Origin: Campylobacteraceae bacterium
Lineage (GTDB): Bacteria > Campylobacterota > Campylobacteria > Campylobacterales > Campylobacteraceae
Reading direction: 5' to 3'
Length of the DNA: 63,430 bases
NCBI GenBank assembly: GCA_031274495.1
Contig: JAISQB010000015.1
Coordinates: 1-63,430 of the forward strand
The notes below the pieces were generated by a model. That model did no database searches. It was not told the origin of the DNA and saw only the letters and a list, made by a program, of their open reading frames with translations. Positions 26,486 to 35,502 of this stretch are shown here, piece by piece (within the stretch, counting starts at the first letter, position 1; each line of letters starts with the position of its first letter). Both the position numbers and the translations under genes were made by a program.

Positions 26486-27958
26486 CTATTTTTGAGTGAC
26501 CCCTCCGTCGGCAAAGCTGGCAAGTATTATGCCAAGAGCATTTTTGCCCGCTATAGCATTTACATCACTGTGTCCCGTGACGCTTCCGTGTAAGTAGCTG
26601 GCGACTATAGTGCCAAGTTGAAGATATCCCGCTATGCCTCCGACATAATTGTTGCCGTCAACTTTTCCGTAGCTATATGTAGCAGTTATTGTGCTAATCT
26701 CGGAGTATCCAGCGATACCGCCGACATAATCGCCATTTGGACTGCTGACATCTCCTCTGGTGTAGCTCGCGGTTATCGTGCCAAGATTGATATATCCCGT
26801 GATACTACCGACATAATTGCCCGTTGCGACGATATCTGTTTTAGACGCCGTAGCGGTTATCGTACCGATATTAACTTTTCCCGTGATACCGCCGACATAA
26901 CTGTTACCCTTAATACCTCCCCTGACATCCACGGCAGTTATCGTGCCTCTTTGGGTAGCGCCCGCGATACTGCCGACATAATCTTTACCTTGGATGCCGT
27001 TATGAGCGTCGTCTATCTCGACTTTAAGATTTATAACAGAACCTTTATTTATATGTCCGAACAGCCCCACATAATCAGCAGTCGGTCTATCGACCCACAG
27101 GCCCTTGATAACATGTCCGTTTCCGTTAAACTTACCGCTAAATCCTTCTGTCGCGTCGCCGATAGGAAGCCAACCCTCGCTATTACCCGTAGTCAATGTT
27201 ATATCATTCAAAAGCGCGTATCTGCCGGATAGATTTTTCCTGACAAGCTCCAAGCCGTTTTGATCGCGTATGCCTCTAACATCGGCAGCGGTGTAAAAGC
27301 CGGCGTCCGCATTAGCCGTATGGCTAGTAACGGGTGTCTTTCCGTCCGCCTCATACCAAGTGCCGGAAATAGCGGCTATATTTACAACAGTTCCACTTAC
27401 GACTGTCACTTCATCCACCAAGTCAAGATTGTCGTCATAAAATGATAGGGTACTGACCGATTCGTTGACGACTGTGATTTTAGCTACACTGCTTGTAACC
27501 GAAGCGGTTTTGTTGCCTGTCGCGTCATTGTTTGTATTGATAATGACGACATAATAGTAAGGCTTATCCGCCGACGGTGTGAACCTGTAAATAGGAGTGT
27601 TTGAATCCTCCAGAAGCGTCCCGTTGACACTACTCTCCACGCTGTTTTGATACCATTGATATGTCAGCGCTCCACCATCTGCTACGCTTGCCGATACCGT
27701 TAGAGTGGTCTCTTCGCCCGCTGTGGCAAGCTTGCTTTTAGGCTGAAAAGTGACCTCAGGAGTCTGGGCATCCCCGCAACCTGCCAAGGTAAAAGCGAAC
27801 AGAAGTACAAGCGCTTTGCTGATGTTGGCGTACGAAGCGAAAAACTTCTGCTTGCAATCCAAAAGCGGCTGCCTCGCGGATCTCCCGTTAAAGAGAGAAG
27901 ACAAATACCCCTTAATACTTGCTGAAAAACCAATATTTATTGGTTTAAAAAACAACAT
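26486..27958 (-). CDS. Surface lipoprotein paralog 2: Ig-like domain plus 6 GLUG-type repeats
   Basis: It has the same architecture as paralog 1, with lipobox FTLAG-C, YQWY...YYYVVI, GWLPIG...FNGNGHVIKGLW...DYVGLFGHI and repeats of the DYVGGIAGY..ISTITATYSYGKVDG type. Confidence 0.85.
   Translation of the reverse strand: MLFFKPINIGFSASIKGYLSSLFNGRSARQPLLDCKQKFFASYANISKALVLLFAFTLAGCGDAQTPEVTFQPKSKLATAGEETTLTVSASVADGGALTYQWYQNSVESSVNGTLLEDSNTPIYRFTPSADKPYYYVVIINTNNDATGNKTASVTSSVAKITVVNESVSTLSFYDDNLDLVDEVTVVSGTVVNIAAISGTWYEADGKTPVTSHTANADAGFYTAADVRGIRDQNGLELVRKNLSGRYALLNDITLTTGNSEGWLPIGDATEGFSGKFNGNGHVIKGLWVDRPTADYVGLFGHINKGSVINLKVEIDDAHNGIQGKDYVGSIAGATQRGTITAVDVRGGIKGNSYVGGITGKVNIGTITATASKTDIVATGNYVGSITGYINLGTITASYTRGDVSSPNGDYVGGIAGYSEISTITATYSYGKVDGNNYVGGIAGYLQLGTIVASYLHGSVTGHSDVNAIAGKNALGIILASFADGGVTQK
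26489..26983 (-). repeat. Six tandem GLUG-like repeats in paralog 2
   Basis: I counted them directly in the translation. Confidence 0.8.
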
Positions 27959-27989
27959 TGTTAATCCTTTTGTTTAAATTTACCCACGT

Positions 27990-27998
27990 ATTCTATCA
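27990..27998 (-). promoter_or_regulatory. Extended -10 promoter element (TGATAGAAT) of paralog 2
   Basis: It lies 32 nt upstream of the ATG at 27958, within a leader conserved among the three paralogs. Confidence 0.5.
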
Positions 27999-28280
27999 TA
28001 AATCTAATAGATATAAATGCTAATTATATAAAAAATATTAATTTTTTTCATCTATATATTATGTATAAATATATAAATATTGTCTTTTAGTAATAAACTA
28101 TAAAAACTACTATTTTTAAGGTTAATTTTTATTTATATAAAGTAAAGAGATCAAGTAGCATAGTGCGATTTCGCCGCATTGGTATGAGTTGGGACAAACT
28201 GCTTCTATATATTATAAACAGTTGATTGTCCAATAAGCACAAAGGTATTAAAGATTTGTATTTATAAAAAAATGTAAAGA

Positions 28281-28310
28281 TTCATCTCCCGCCAAAAAGC
28301 GGAAGATGAA
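28281..28310 (-). terminator. Terminator hairpin of paralog 3
   Basis: On the minus strand, TTCATCTTCCGC-loop-GCGGGAGATGAA (1 mismatch) is followed by TCTTTACATTTTTTT. It is homologous to the paralog 2 hairpin. Confidence 0.6.
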
Positions 28311-28405
28311 AAAAGTAAAGTGCAAAATTACTCGTGGAGCTCATAAGAAAGCTGGTTTATGTACGGCAGCTATAAAGCCGCCGCACATATATTGCTTATC
28401 TTTGA

Positions 28406-29857
28406 TTAAAATGGCAATCCGTCGGCAAGACTAGCAAGTACTATACCATAACTATTATGTCCCACAAGACCATCCGTATGAGTACCTCCGCTAACTCTTC
28501 CGTGCAAGTAGCTGGCTACTATTGTGCCAAATCTAAGATATCCTGCGATACCTCCGGTATAATCGTCACCCTTGACATTACCGTCAGTAAATGTAGCAGT
28601 TATCGTACTGGTATCGGAATATCCTGCGATACCTCCGGTATACTTACCTGTGTTTTCAATATTCCCTTTACTGTAGCTCGCGGTTATCGTGCCAAGATTG
28701 ATTTTTCCCGTGATGCTGCCGGCATAATCACCAGATGCCGTAATGGTTGTTCTGGATGTCGTAGCAGTTATCGTGCCAAGATTGATACTGCCGACTATAC
28801 CGCCGACATAATTCCTACCCTTAACGATTCCTTCAACAACTACAGCAGTTATCGTAGCCCTATTGGCATATCCCGCGATAGGACCGACATAATCTCTGCC
28901 TTGAATGCCGTTGCTTCCCAACTCAAGCCTGAGATCTATAACCGAACCGCCCTCTATGTAGCCAAATAGCCCGACATAGTCTTTAGTCGTATCATTGATG
29001 GTCAAACCTTTAATGGTATAACCGTTTCCGTTAAGCACGCCGCTAAATTTACTTGATTCGGTGCCGATAGGTTCCCAAGTAGTGCCGGTCAAATCTATAT
29101 TACCTAAAAGTACAAATTTGCCTGTTAAGTTAGTCCTAATGCCCCTTAGCTCATCCGGAGTTCTTACCGCAAAAACATCATAAGTGGCGTAAAAGTTAGC
29201 ATTTGAGTTAGCAACATATACATTAATCTCTGTTCTTGAGTTTATCGCATACCAAGGACCTTTGTGATAATCAGCTAGGGTTACCTCGTCCCCTCTTTCA
29301 ACCGTTATCGTATCTACTAACTGTAGATCTTTGTCGTAAAACGAAATGTCAGAAACATCATAGTTTACAATAGTAATCACAGCTACATCACTCTTAGCGT
29401 CAGTGACGCCTGAAGCTTCGGAGTTTACATTGGTGACAACAACATAGTAATACGCCTCTGCGCCTGTTGTCGGCACAGTAAATGTCAAAGTATCACTGAT
29501 CTGATCATTGATAAGAGTTCCGCCTTCATTGCTTGCCCTGTCATTTTTGTACCATTGATATGTCAACACTCCGCCATCCGACACAGTTGCAGATACTTTT
29601 AAAGTAGACTGTGTACCTGCTTTGGCAATTTTGCTTTTGGGTTGAACGGTGATACTGGGAGTTTGCGCTTCCCCGCACCCGACCAAAGTCAAAGCAAAAA
29701 TAAAAATAAGCGCTTTACCGACATTATTAGTCGAAGTAAAAAACTTCTTCGAGTAATCGTAAAGCGACCGTTTCATCGATCTCCCATTGGAGGGAGACAA
29801 CAAATTTTTCTTAAGATTAGTAAAAAAACCAATCTCAACTGATTGTAAAAACGACAT
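28406..29857 (-). CDS. Surface lipoprotein paralog 3: Ig-like domain plus 6 GLUG-type repeats
   Basis: It has the same architecture, with lipobox LTLVG-C, YQWY...YYYVVV, WEPIG...LNGNGYTIKGL...DYVGLFGYI and 6 repeats. The C-terminal 60 aa are closely similar to paralog 2. Confidence 0.85.
   Translation of the reverse strand: MSFLQSVEIGFFTNLKKNLLSPSNGRSMKRSLYDYSKKFFTSTNNVGKALIFIFALTLVGCGEAQTPSITVQPKSKIAKAGTQSTLKVSATVSDGGVLTYQWYKNDRASNEGGTLINDQISDTLTFTVPTTGAEAYYYVVVTNVNSEASGVTDAKSDVAVITIVNYDVSDISFYDKDLQLVDTITVERGDEVTLADYHKGPWYAINSRTEINVYVANSNANFYATYDVFAVRTPDELRGIRTNLTGKFVLLGNIDLTGTTWEPIGTESSKFSGVLNGNGYTIKGLTINDTTKDYVGLFGYIEGGSVIDLRLELGSNGIQGRDYVGPIAGYANRATITAVVVEGIVKGRNYVGGIVGSINLGTITATTSRTTITASGDYAGSITGKINLGTITASYSKGNIENTGKYTGGIAGYSDTSTITATFTDGNVKGDDYTGGIAGYLRFGTIVASYLHGRVSGGTHTDGLVGHNSYGIVLASLADGLPF
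28409..28894 (-). repeat. Six tandem GLUG-like repeats in paralog 3
   Basis: I counted them directly in the translation. Confidence 0.8.
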
Positions 29858-29887
29858 TGTTGATCCTTTTGTTAGATTTATCTTGAT

Positions 29888-29896
29888 ATTCTATCA
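29888..29896 (-). promoter_or_regulatory. Extended -10 promoter element (TGATAGAAT) of paralog 3
   Basis: It lies 31-32 nt upstream of the ATG at 29857. Confidence 0.5.
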
Positions 29897-30045
29897 TAAA
29901 TTTAATATATATGAATATAAATTTTACAAAAAGTGCAATTTTTTTTCATATACGCATTATTTGTGCTATTTTTGAAAGTTTTTGTACCAAAAAAGCATAA
30001 AATATACCATTTTATTTACTTATAAATTAAAAATAATTGTATAGC

Positions 30046-30345
30046 TCAGTATATCAAATAAGGGTGTAAAATAGGCGTGCAGCGGACAAAATAGCCCGAT
30101 ATATCAACTATCAAAAACTCGTAAAATTTGTAAAAGTTCGGAAGCGTTGTAACCTTAGCGCAATTTACCGCCGCACTCCTATTTCTATCATTATAAAGCA
30201 AGCATAGCGTTTTTATGGGACAAAATGTTTCCAAAGTGTAATATTTTTTTACCTTTCTCTTGCTCGCGCAAAGGTTTTGCAAAAATTTATTCTTCAAAGC
30301 AAAGCGGGCGGAATCCAAATAGTGCAAAATATTTTTACCAAACAA
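30046..30345 (-). CDS. Hypothetical basic 99-aa protein (weakly supported)
   Basis: A TTG start is preceded by AAGGA 6 nt upstream. I recognise no family. It is the only ORF of 60 aa or more in a 780-nt gap. Confidence 0.3.
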   Translation of the reverse strand: MFGKNILHYLDSARFALKNKFLQNLCASKRKVKKYYTLETFCPIKTLCLLYNDRNRSAAVNCAKVTTLPNFYKFYEFLIVDISGYFVRCTPILHPYLIY

Positions 30346-30640
30346 AATACTTCCTTGAAAAATATTAAAGAAGATTTAAATAAATAAATTATATAAAAAT
30401 ATTTTTTGTTTTTTATCGTTAATTTTTTGTGTGAATGGATAAAGCAGTACTGGTGAGGCGGGAGGGAATCTATTTTTTTCTAAAAACCGTACTCATTTGG
30501 CGGACGATTTTCAGTCTGATAATTTTCTTTGATTTATGTAGCCTGCCCGGCGATTAACGCGTTTTAGGCAAAAATGATAATTCCCGTAGTTCCAAGCTTA
30601 TATTTGATATTCCTAATTTTCTACGAAAAAGGCGAGATTC

Positions 30641-31018
30641 TCACTCCCCAAAAATTATCACATCATAAGTCTTTTTGCGTTTGACGAGGTTTTTGTTGGG
30701 GGCTACTACGGCGCCTTTTTGGGTTAGGTTGGCGAGTTCTACTCTTAATTCATCTACCGTGCTTTCAAGTTCGTCCATCTTCTCTTTTAGCTGCAAGACC
30801 ACATCAACGCCGGCGAGATTTACGCCAAGTTCGCGCGTGAGTCTTAGGATGAGTTTAATTCTATCTATATCCATCTGCGAATATAGCCTCATCTTCCCCT
30901 CCGTGCGCGACGGGACTATGAGCCCTTCTCTTTCGTATTGCCTCAATGTCTGCGGATGGATCTCCAACACCTTTGCCACGACGCTTATCAAATAAACCGG
31001 CTCTTTATAATTATGCAT
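30641..31018 (-). CDS. hspR: Heat-shock transcriptional repressor HspR (MerR family)
   Basis: It has a MerR-type HTH ([36 protein letters not shown]) and lies downstream of cbpA, as in Campylobacter and Helicobacter. I place the start at the ATG at 31018, with a GAGGGGG RBS and an 8-nt ATGCATAA overlap with the cbpA stop, rather than the TTG at 31033. Confidence 0.9.
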   Translation of the reverse strand: MHNYKEPVYLISVVAKVLEIHPQTLRQYEREGLIVPSRTEGKMRLYSQMDIDRIKLILRLTRELGVNLAGVDVVLQLKEKMDELESTVDELRVELANLTQKGAVVAPNKNLVKRKKTYDVIIFGE

Positions 31019-31904
31019 CCGTGTCCCCCTCAAGCTCTTTTTTTATCAAATCTTTTAACTGTCCGCTTAGGCTCTCTAATTTTGGCAATACCACATTTGC
31101 CAACACGTACATATCGCCTTTATCACCTGTTTTGCGGTTTACTACGCCGTACCCTTTCAGGCGAAATTTCTGCCCTTGTTTTGTGTCTTGGGCTATCTTC
31201 ATAGTGACCTCTTTTTCAAGAGTTGGGATTTTCACCTTGCCTCCGAAAAGTGCGATTTTTAGGGGTACATCAAAGCTTCTTTCAAGATTTAATCCGTCTC
31301 GTTTATAAACAGGGCTTGGCGCGATGTCTATCGATAAAAACATATCGCCCCTCTCGCCGCGATATTGGCGTCCTTTGCCTCTGATGCGCATCTTTTCGCC
31401 TTGGTTGATACCTGCGGGGATTTTGATATCAAATGTTTCGCCGCCGTATGAGAGTGTGTGTTTGCCACCCAAAATAGCCGTCTCAAACGGTATGGTTATC
31501 TTAGCGTTGATATCAAGATCGGCACTTTGCTCACCGCCAAATCCTCCAAATCCGCCCCTATTTCCGCCGCCAAAACCGCCAAAACCTCCGCCAAATCCAC
31601 CAAATCCGCCGCCGAAAATATTCCTTAAAATGTCATTGAGGTCTGCGCCCCCTTGCGAACTCGCGAAGTCGTGGAAGTTTTGACCGCCAAATATACTATC
31701 CCCGTGCATATCATACTGTTTTCGCTTCTGCTCATCACTCAATATCTCATACGCCGCGTTTATCTCTTTAAATTTCTCCTCTGCTCCGGCCTCTTTGTTG
31801 ATATCGGGATGATACTTCCTCGCAAGCCTTCTATAAGCCTTTTTTATCTCGTCCGCCGACGCGCTTTGACTTACCCCCAGAGTTTCGTATAAACTCTTGC
31901 TCAC
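31011..31904 (-). CDS. cbpA: Curved-DNA-binding DnaJ-like co-chaperone CbpA
   Basis: It has a J domain (SLYETLGV...[16 protein letters not shown]), a G/F-rich linker ([13 protein letters not shown]) and no zinc-finger domain. I place the start at the GTG at 31904, with an AAGGAG RBS 7 nt upstream. The ORF-track start at 31940 adds 12 non-conserved residues. Confidence 0.92.
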   Translation of the reverse strand: MSKSLYETLGVSQSASADEIKKAYRRLARKYHPDINKEAGAEEKFKEINAAYEILSDEQKRKQYDMHGDSIFGGQNFHDFASSQGGADLNDILRNIFGGGFGGFGGGFGGFGGGNRGGFGGFGGEQSADLDINAKITIPFETAILGGKHTLSYGGETFDIKIPAGINQGEKMRIRGKGRQYRGERGDMFLSIDIAPSPVYKRDGLNLERSFDVPLKIALFGGKVKIPTLEKEVTMKIAQDTKQGQKFRLKGYGVVNRKTGDKGDMYVLANVVLPKLESLSGQLKDLIKKELEGDTDA

Positions 31905-31955
31905 TATCTTTCTCCTTTGCTTGACTAATCTATTTAGCATAAAATATTTATAGCG

Positions 31956-31985
31956 ATTGTAGCATAAACCTTTAGCCTATGTCAA
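31956..31985 (-). promoter_or_regulatory. Candidate cbpA-hspR promoter
   Basis: On the minus strand there is a TTGACA (31985-31980), an 18-nt spacer and TACAAT (31961-31956). Confidence 0.45.
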
Positions 31986-32007
31986 TCAACTTTAGCCTCC
32001 AAAGGCA

Positions 32008-32042
32008 CATTTACCGTGCATTTACTCCTTACATTTTATAAT
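32008..32042 (+). promoter_or_regulatory. Candidate htrA promoter: two CATTTAC direct repeats 11 bp apart, plus a TATAAT -10
   Basis: CATTTAC occurs at 32008-32014 and 32019-32025, and TATAAT at 32037-42. The htrA ATG is at 32075. Confidence 0.45.
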
Positions 32043-32074
32043 TACAATTTTTACTTCAAATTTAAGGAGAAATT

Positions 32075-33469
32075 ATGAAAAAACCCCTACTTTTTTTGTC
32101 TTTAAGCACTCTATGGCTGTGTGCCGCGACTATAGATATATTCCAAGCGCCAAATGTTACGCAAAGAACGACCGCCGCGAATGGGAGCGCTATATTGTCA
32201 TATTATGACTCAGTCAAAGAGGCTAAAAAAAGCGTCGTAAACATCGCTACGACCTCTACGGTTACCGTTAATAACCAGCTTGATTTGATGTTTAATGACC
32301 CATTTTTTAAGCAATTTTTCGGCGAGACGCCCTTTAATAAGCCGCAACAGAGAAAATCCAGCTCTTTGGGCTCAGGAGTTATCATCTCAAAAGACGGCTA
32401 TATCGTCACAAATAACCACGTGGTAAGCGGCGCGGAGGAGATCATCGTAACGCTTTTTAACAGCGACAAAGAGTACAAAGCAAAGATCATAGGACTTGAT
32501 TCAAAGACCGATTTGGCGGTCATCAAGATAGATGAGAAGAACCTCCAGACGATACCTTTCGCAAACTCCGACCACCTGCAAGAGGGTGATGTAGTCTTCG
32601 CTCTGGGCAATCCGTTTGGCATAGGAAGCACCATCACGCAAGGCATCATATCCGCTCTCAATAAAGACCACGTCGGCTTAAACCAGTACGAAAACTTCAT
32701 CCAAACCGACGCCTCCATAAACCCGGGCAATTCCGGCGGAGCGTTGATAGACAGCCGCGGCGCACTCATCGGTATCAATAGCGCCATCATATCCAGAAGC
32801 GGCGACAACAACGGCATAGGCTTTGCCATCCCCTCCAATATGGTCAAAAAGATAGCTCTATCACTTGTGGCAAACGGTAAGATAGAGAGAGGTTATCTTG
32901 GCGTTAGCATAGGCGATCTGACGAGCGATTTGAAAGAGATATACACCAACAAAGAGGGTGCACTCATAATGGGCGTAGAGGAGAAATCCGCCGCGGATGA
33001 GGCGAAACTTAAAAGAGGCGATCTTGTCATCAAAGTGAACAACACTAAGATCAAAAACGCAAATGAGCTTAAAAATCTCATCGGCGAACTAAACCCGCAA
33101 GAGAAGATCACTCTAACCTACGAGCGAAGCAACAAGATCCAAACCACTACCGTCAAACTCCACAAAATGGACGGCGACACGGTAACAAGCAGTGCGACGG
33201 ATAAAGATATCATCGACGGGCTAACGCTTGAAAATATAACCGACGCCTCAAGATACAGAAACATAAAAGGGGTACTGGTGACAAATGTCAAAGAAGAGTC
33301 CAAAGCCGCTAAGGCGGGCTTTAGAGCGGGCGATATCATCATACAAGTAGGCGAGAGCGCCATCGCTTCGATAGATGAATTTAAAGCCGCGCTCAACAAA
33401 AACAAAAAAGGTAAAAAAGCGGTCTATCTGCAAAGAGGAAACGGTATCGCTGTCATCGTGGTACAGTAA
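32075..33469 (+). CDS. htrA: Periplasmic serine protease/chaperone HtrA (DegP/DegQ family)
   Basis: It has a signal peptide and the catalytic triad contexts (TNNHV, D..AVIK, GNSGGAL), plus two PDZ domains. Confidence 0.96.
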   Translation: MKKPLLFLSLSTLWLCAATIDIFQAPNVTQRTTAANGSAILSYYDSVKEAKKSVVNIATTSTVTVNNQLDLMFNDPFFKQFFGETPFNKPQQRKSSSLGSGVIISKDGYIVTNNHVVSGAEEIIVTLFNSDKEYKAKIIGLDSKTDLAVIKIDEKNLQTIPFANSDHLQEGDVVFALGNPFGIGSTITQGIISALNKDHVGLNQYENFIQTDASINPGNSGGALIDSRGALIGINSAIISRSGDNNGIGFAIPSNMVKKIALSLVANGKIERGYLGVSIGDLTSDLKEIYTNKEGALIMGVEEKSAADEAKLKRGDLVIKVNNTKIKNANELKNLIGELNPQEKITLTYERSNKIQTTTVKLHKMDGDTVTSSATDKDIIDGLTLENITDASRYRNIKGVLVTNVKEESKAAKAGFRAGDIIIQVGESAIASIDEFKAALNKNKKGKKAVYLQRGNGIAVIVVQ

Positions 33470-33472
33470 ATC

Positions 33473-33497
33473 AAGGGAGGGGCTATCCCTCCTTTTT
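33473..33497 (+). terminator. Hairpin plus T-run immediately after htrA
   Basis: AAGGGAGGG-loop-CCCTCCTT TTT begins 4 nt after the htrA stop. A TATAAT at 33500-33505 follows, so cprRS may also have its own promoter. Confidence 0.5.
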
Positions 33498-33529
33498 ATG
33501 CTATAATGAAAAAAAATTTGGATTGGGTG

Positions 33530-34207
33530 ATGATAAATATACTGATGATAGAAGACGACACCGAACTTGCCGAGATATTGACAGAGTATCTTGAACAGTT
33601 TGATATGAAAGTAACTACTGCCGAAGACCCGTATATAGGGCTCTCTACGCTTGCGATTGAAAAGTTTGATTTGGTGATTTTGGATTTGACACTGCCCGGA
33701 CTTGACGGGCTTGAGATATGCAAAGAGATACGAAAGCGGCACAACACCCCCATCATCATCTCTTCTGCCAGACACGACATAACGGACAAAGTCACGGCGC
33801 TGGAGAACGGTGCGGATGACTATCTGCCAAAGCCATACAATCCTATGGAGCTTCAAGCGCGCATCAAAAGCCGCTTAAGGATACACGAACTGCAAAAAGA
33901 TTCCGAAGAGAGCAAGTCGCACGGAGATTTGAGGCTGGACGCAGAGAGAAGAGTGATAACATTTAAAAACGAAGAGCTCATCCTCACAGCCGCGGAGTAC
34001 GAGATACTTGCCTATCTCATCAAAAAAGAGGGCGGAGTCGTATCGCGCGAAGAGCTTATATATAACTGTGAAGCGATAAATGAGGAGAGTGTGAATAAAA
34101 GCATAGATGTCATCGTAAGCAGGATCCGCCACAAGCTGGGCGAAAATCCAAAAACTCCCCGCTACATCTACGCCGTGCGCGGTATCGGATACAAGTACCT
34201 TAAATGA
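33530..34207 (+). CDS. cprR: OmpR-family response regulator (CprR-like by synteny)
   Basis: The receiver domain (ILMIEDD...DLVILDLTLPGLDG) is followed by a winged-helix output domain (...YIYAVRGIGYKY). It lies downstream of htrA as in C. jejuni. I place the start at the ATG at 33530 (MINILMIEDD). Confidence 0.88.
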   Translation: MINILMIEDDTELAEILTEYLEQFDMKVTTAEDPYIGLSTLAIEKFDLVILDLTLPGLDGLEICKEIRKRHNTPIIISSARHDITDKVTALENGADDYLPKPYNPMELQARIKSRLRIHELQKDSEESKSHGDLRLDAERRVITFKNEELILTAAEYEILAYLIKKEGGVVSREELIYNCEAINEESVNKSIDVIVSRIRHKLGENPKTPRYIYAVRGIGYKYLK

Positions 34208-35448
34208 TCAGGTTCAAATCCTCCATACTCTACACGATCACACTTATATTTTGCCTCTCGTTGATGAGCGTCGTCTTGGCGTTTTTGTATCTGATGCAGT
34301 ATGATAAGGAAAATTACACTAAAGAGCTCAACAACAAATACACCGTCGTCGCGGAGGCGACTCTGTTCCACCTGAACAGTTTCATCACCGACAGGCAGAT
34401 ACAAAAGCAGATAAAAGATTATAAGATGGAGGAGATAACCGAAGAGCAGCTCAAAAGAGAGGTGCTCTTGCGCGGCGAAATACTGGACGCCATAGTCAAC
34501 AGAATCGGGCAAGAGGTCAGTATCATCTCATACAAAAATGATAATTACCTAAATATCGTCTACGGCAACATCAATATACTCTTAAAAGACAGCGAATTTC
34601 AACCCTACAGATATTCTATCATCAGGAGTATCTTCGGACTTGTTTTGCTGATCATCGTTTTTACATATATTTTGATCATCAGAAAAATACACCCCTTAAA
34701 AAAGCTCAAGCAAAACATCGACAAATTTGCCGCCGGTGAGTTTGATACGCCGCCACTTCACAGCGGAACGGATGAAATCTCCGAAGTCGCCAACGCCTTT
34801 TATCTATCCGTGAATCACATCAAAAAGCTCAACCACTCGCGCCAACTCTTTTTGCGCAACATTATGCACGAGCTAAAAACGCCCATCACAAAAGGGCGCA
34901 TACTGGCAGAAATGATACACGAAGATAAGCAAAAGCAAAGGCTTATCACGGTATTTGAGCGGCTTGAGACGATGATAAATGAGTTCGCCTCCATAGAGAG
35001 CCTCACCTCCGGTATCGGACTAACAAATGTCGGCACTTACAGACTTATCGATATATTTGATGAAGCGATTGATCTGGCTATGGTTGAACGCAAAAGTATA
35101 GATTTTTATATTGAGAAAGATTTGAATCTCCACGTGGACTTCAAACTCTTCTCATTAGCTCTCAAAAATATGATAGACAACGCCATCAAATACTCCACCG
35201 ACAAAAAAGTCACCGTCAAAGCCGACGACAACGCGATCCTCTTCATCAACGAAGGCGCCCCCTTAGACAGACCCATAGAGCACTATCTCTCCCCTTTCAC
35301 ACAAGGCAACAACAGCACAAAAAACTTAGGTCTTGGACTCTATATCGTAGACAACATCATAAAAGCGCATAGGCTTGAACTTGTCTATAGATACGAAGAT
35401 GGAAAAAGCACATTTGGTTTTGTGGGAATAGATAAGCTGAAAAAATAG
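34204..35448 (+). CDS. cprS: Sensor histidine kinase (CprS-like by synteny)
   Basis: It has an ATGA overlap with cprR, two TM segments, an H-box (HELKTPIT), an N-box (DNAIKYS) and a G-box (GLGLYIV). Confidence 0.88.
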   Translation: MIRFKSSILYTITLIFCLSLMSVVLAFLYLMQYDKENYTKELNNKYTVVAEATLFHLNSFITDRQIQKQIKDYKMEEITEEQLKREVLLRGEILDAIVNRIGQEVSIISYKNDNYLNIVYGNINILLKDSEFQPYRYSIIRSIFGLVLLIIVFTYILIIRKIHPLKKLKQNIDKFAAGEFDTPPLHSGTDEISEVANAFYLSVNHIKKLNHSRQLFLRNIMHELKTPITKGRILAEMIHEDKQKQRLITVFERLETMINEFASIESLTSGIGLTNVGTYRLIDIFDEAIDLAMVERKSIDFYIEKDLNLHVDFKLFSLALKNMIDNAIKYSTDKKVTVKADDNAILFINEGAPLDRPIEHYLSPFTQGNNSTKNLGLGLYIVDNIIKAHRLELVYRYEDGKSTFGFVGIDKLKK

Positions 35449-35502
35449 AGCGTCACCGCCAAATACAAAATCGCTTATACTTTTCGCGTCAAAAGCAAAT
35501 AG

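Noticed and set aside
33248-33856. A 202-aa minus-strand ORF spanning the htrA 3' end and the cprR 5' end. There are similar long antisense ORFs at 14312-14797, 15241-15753, 46146-46577, 57624-58202, 59461-59931 and 61162-61653.
   Set aside because: All lie opposite confidently identified conserved genes. Their translations are low-complexity or Ser/Leu/Phe-rich with no family resemblance, so they are shadow ORFs.
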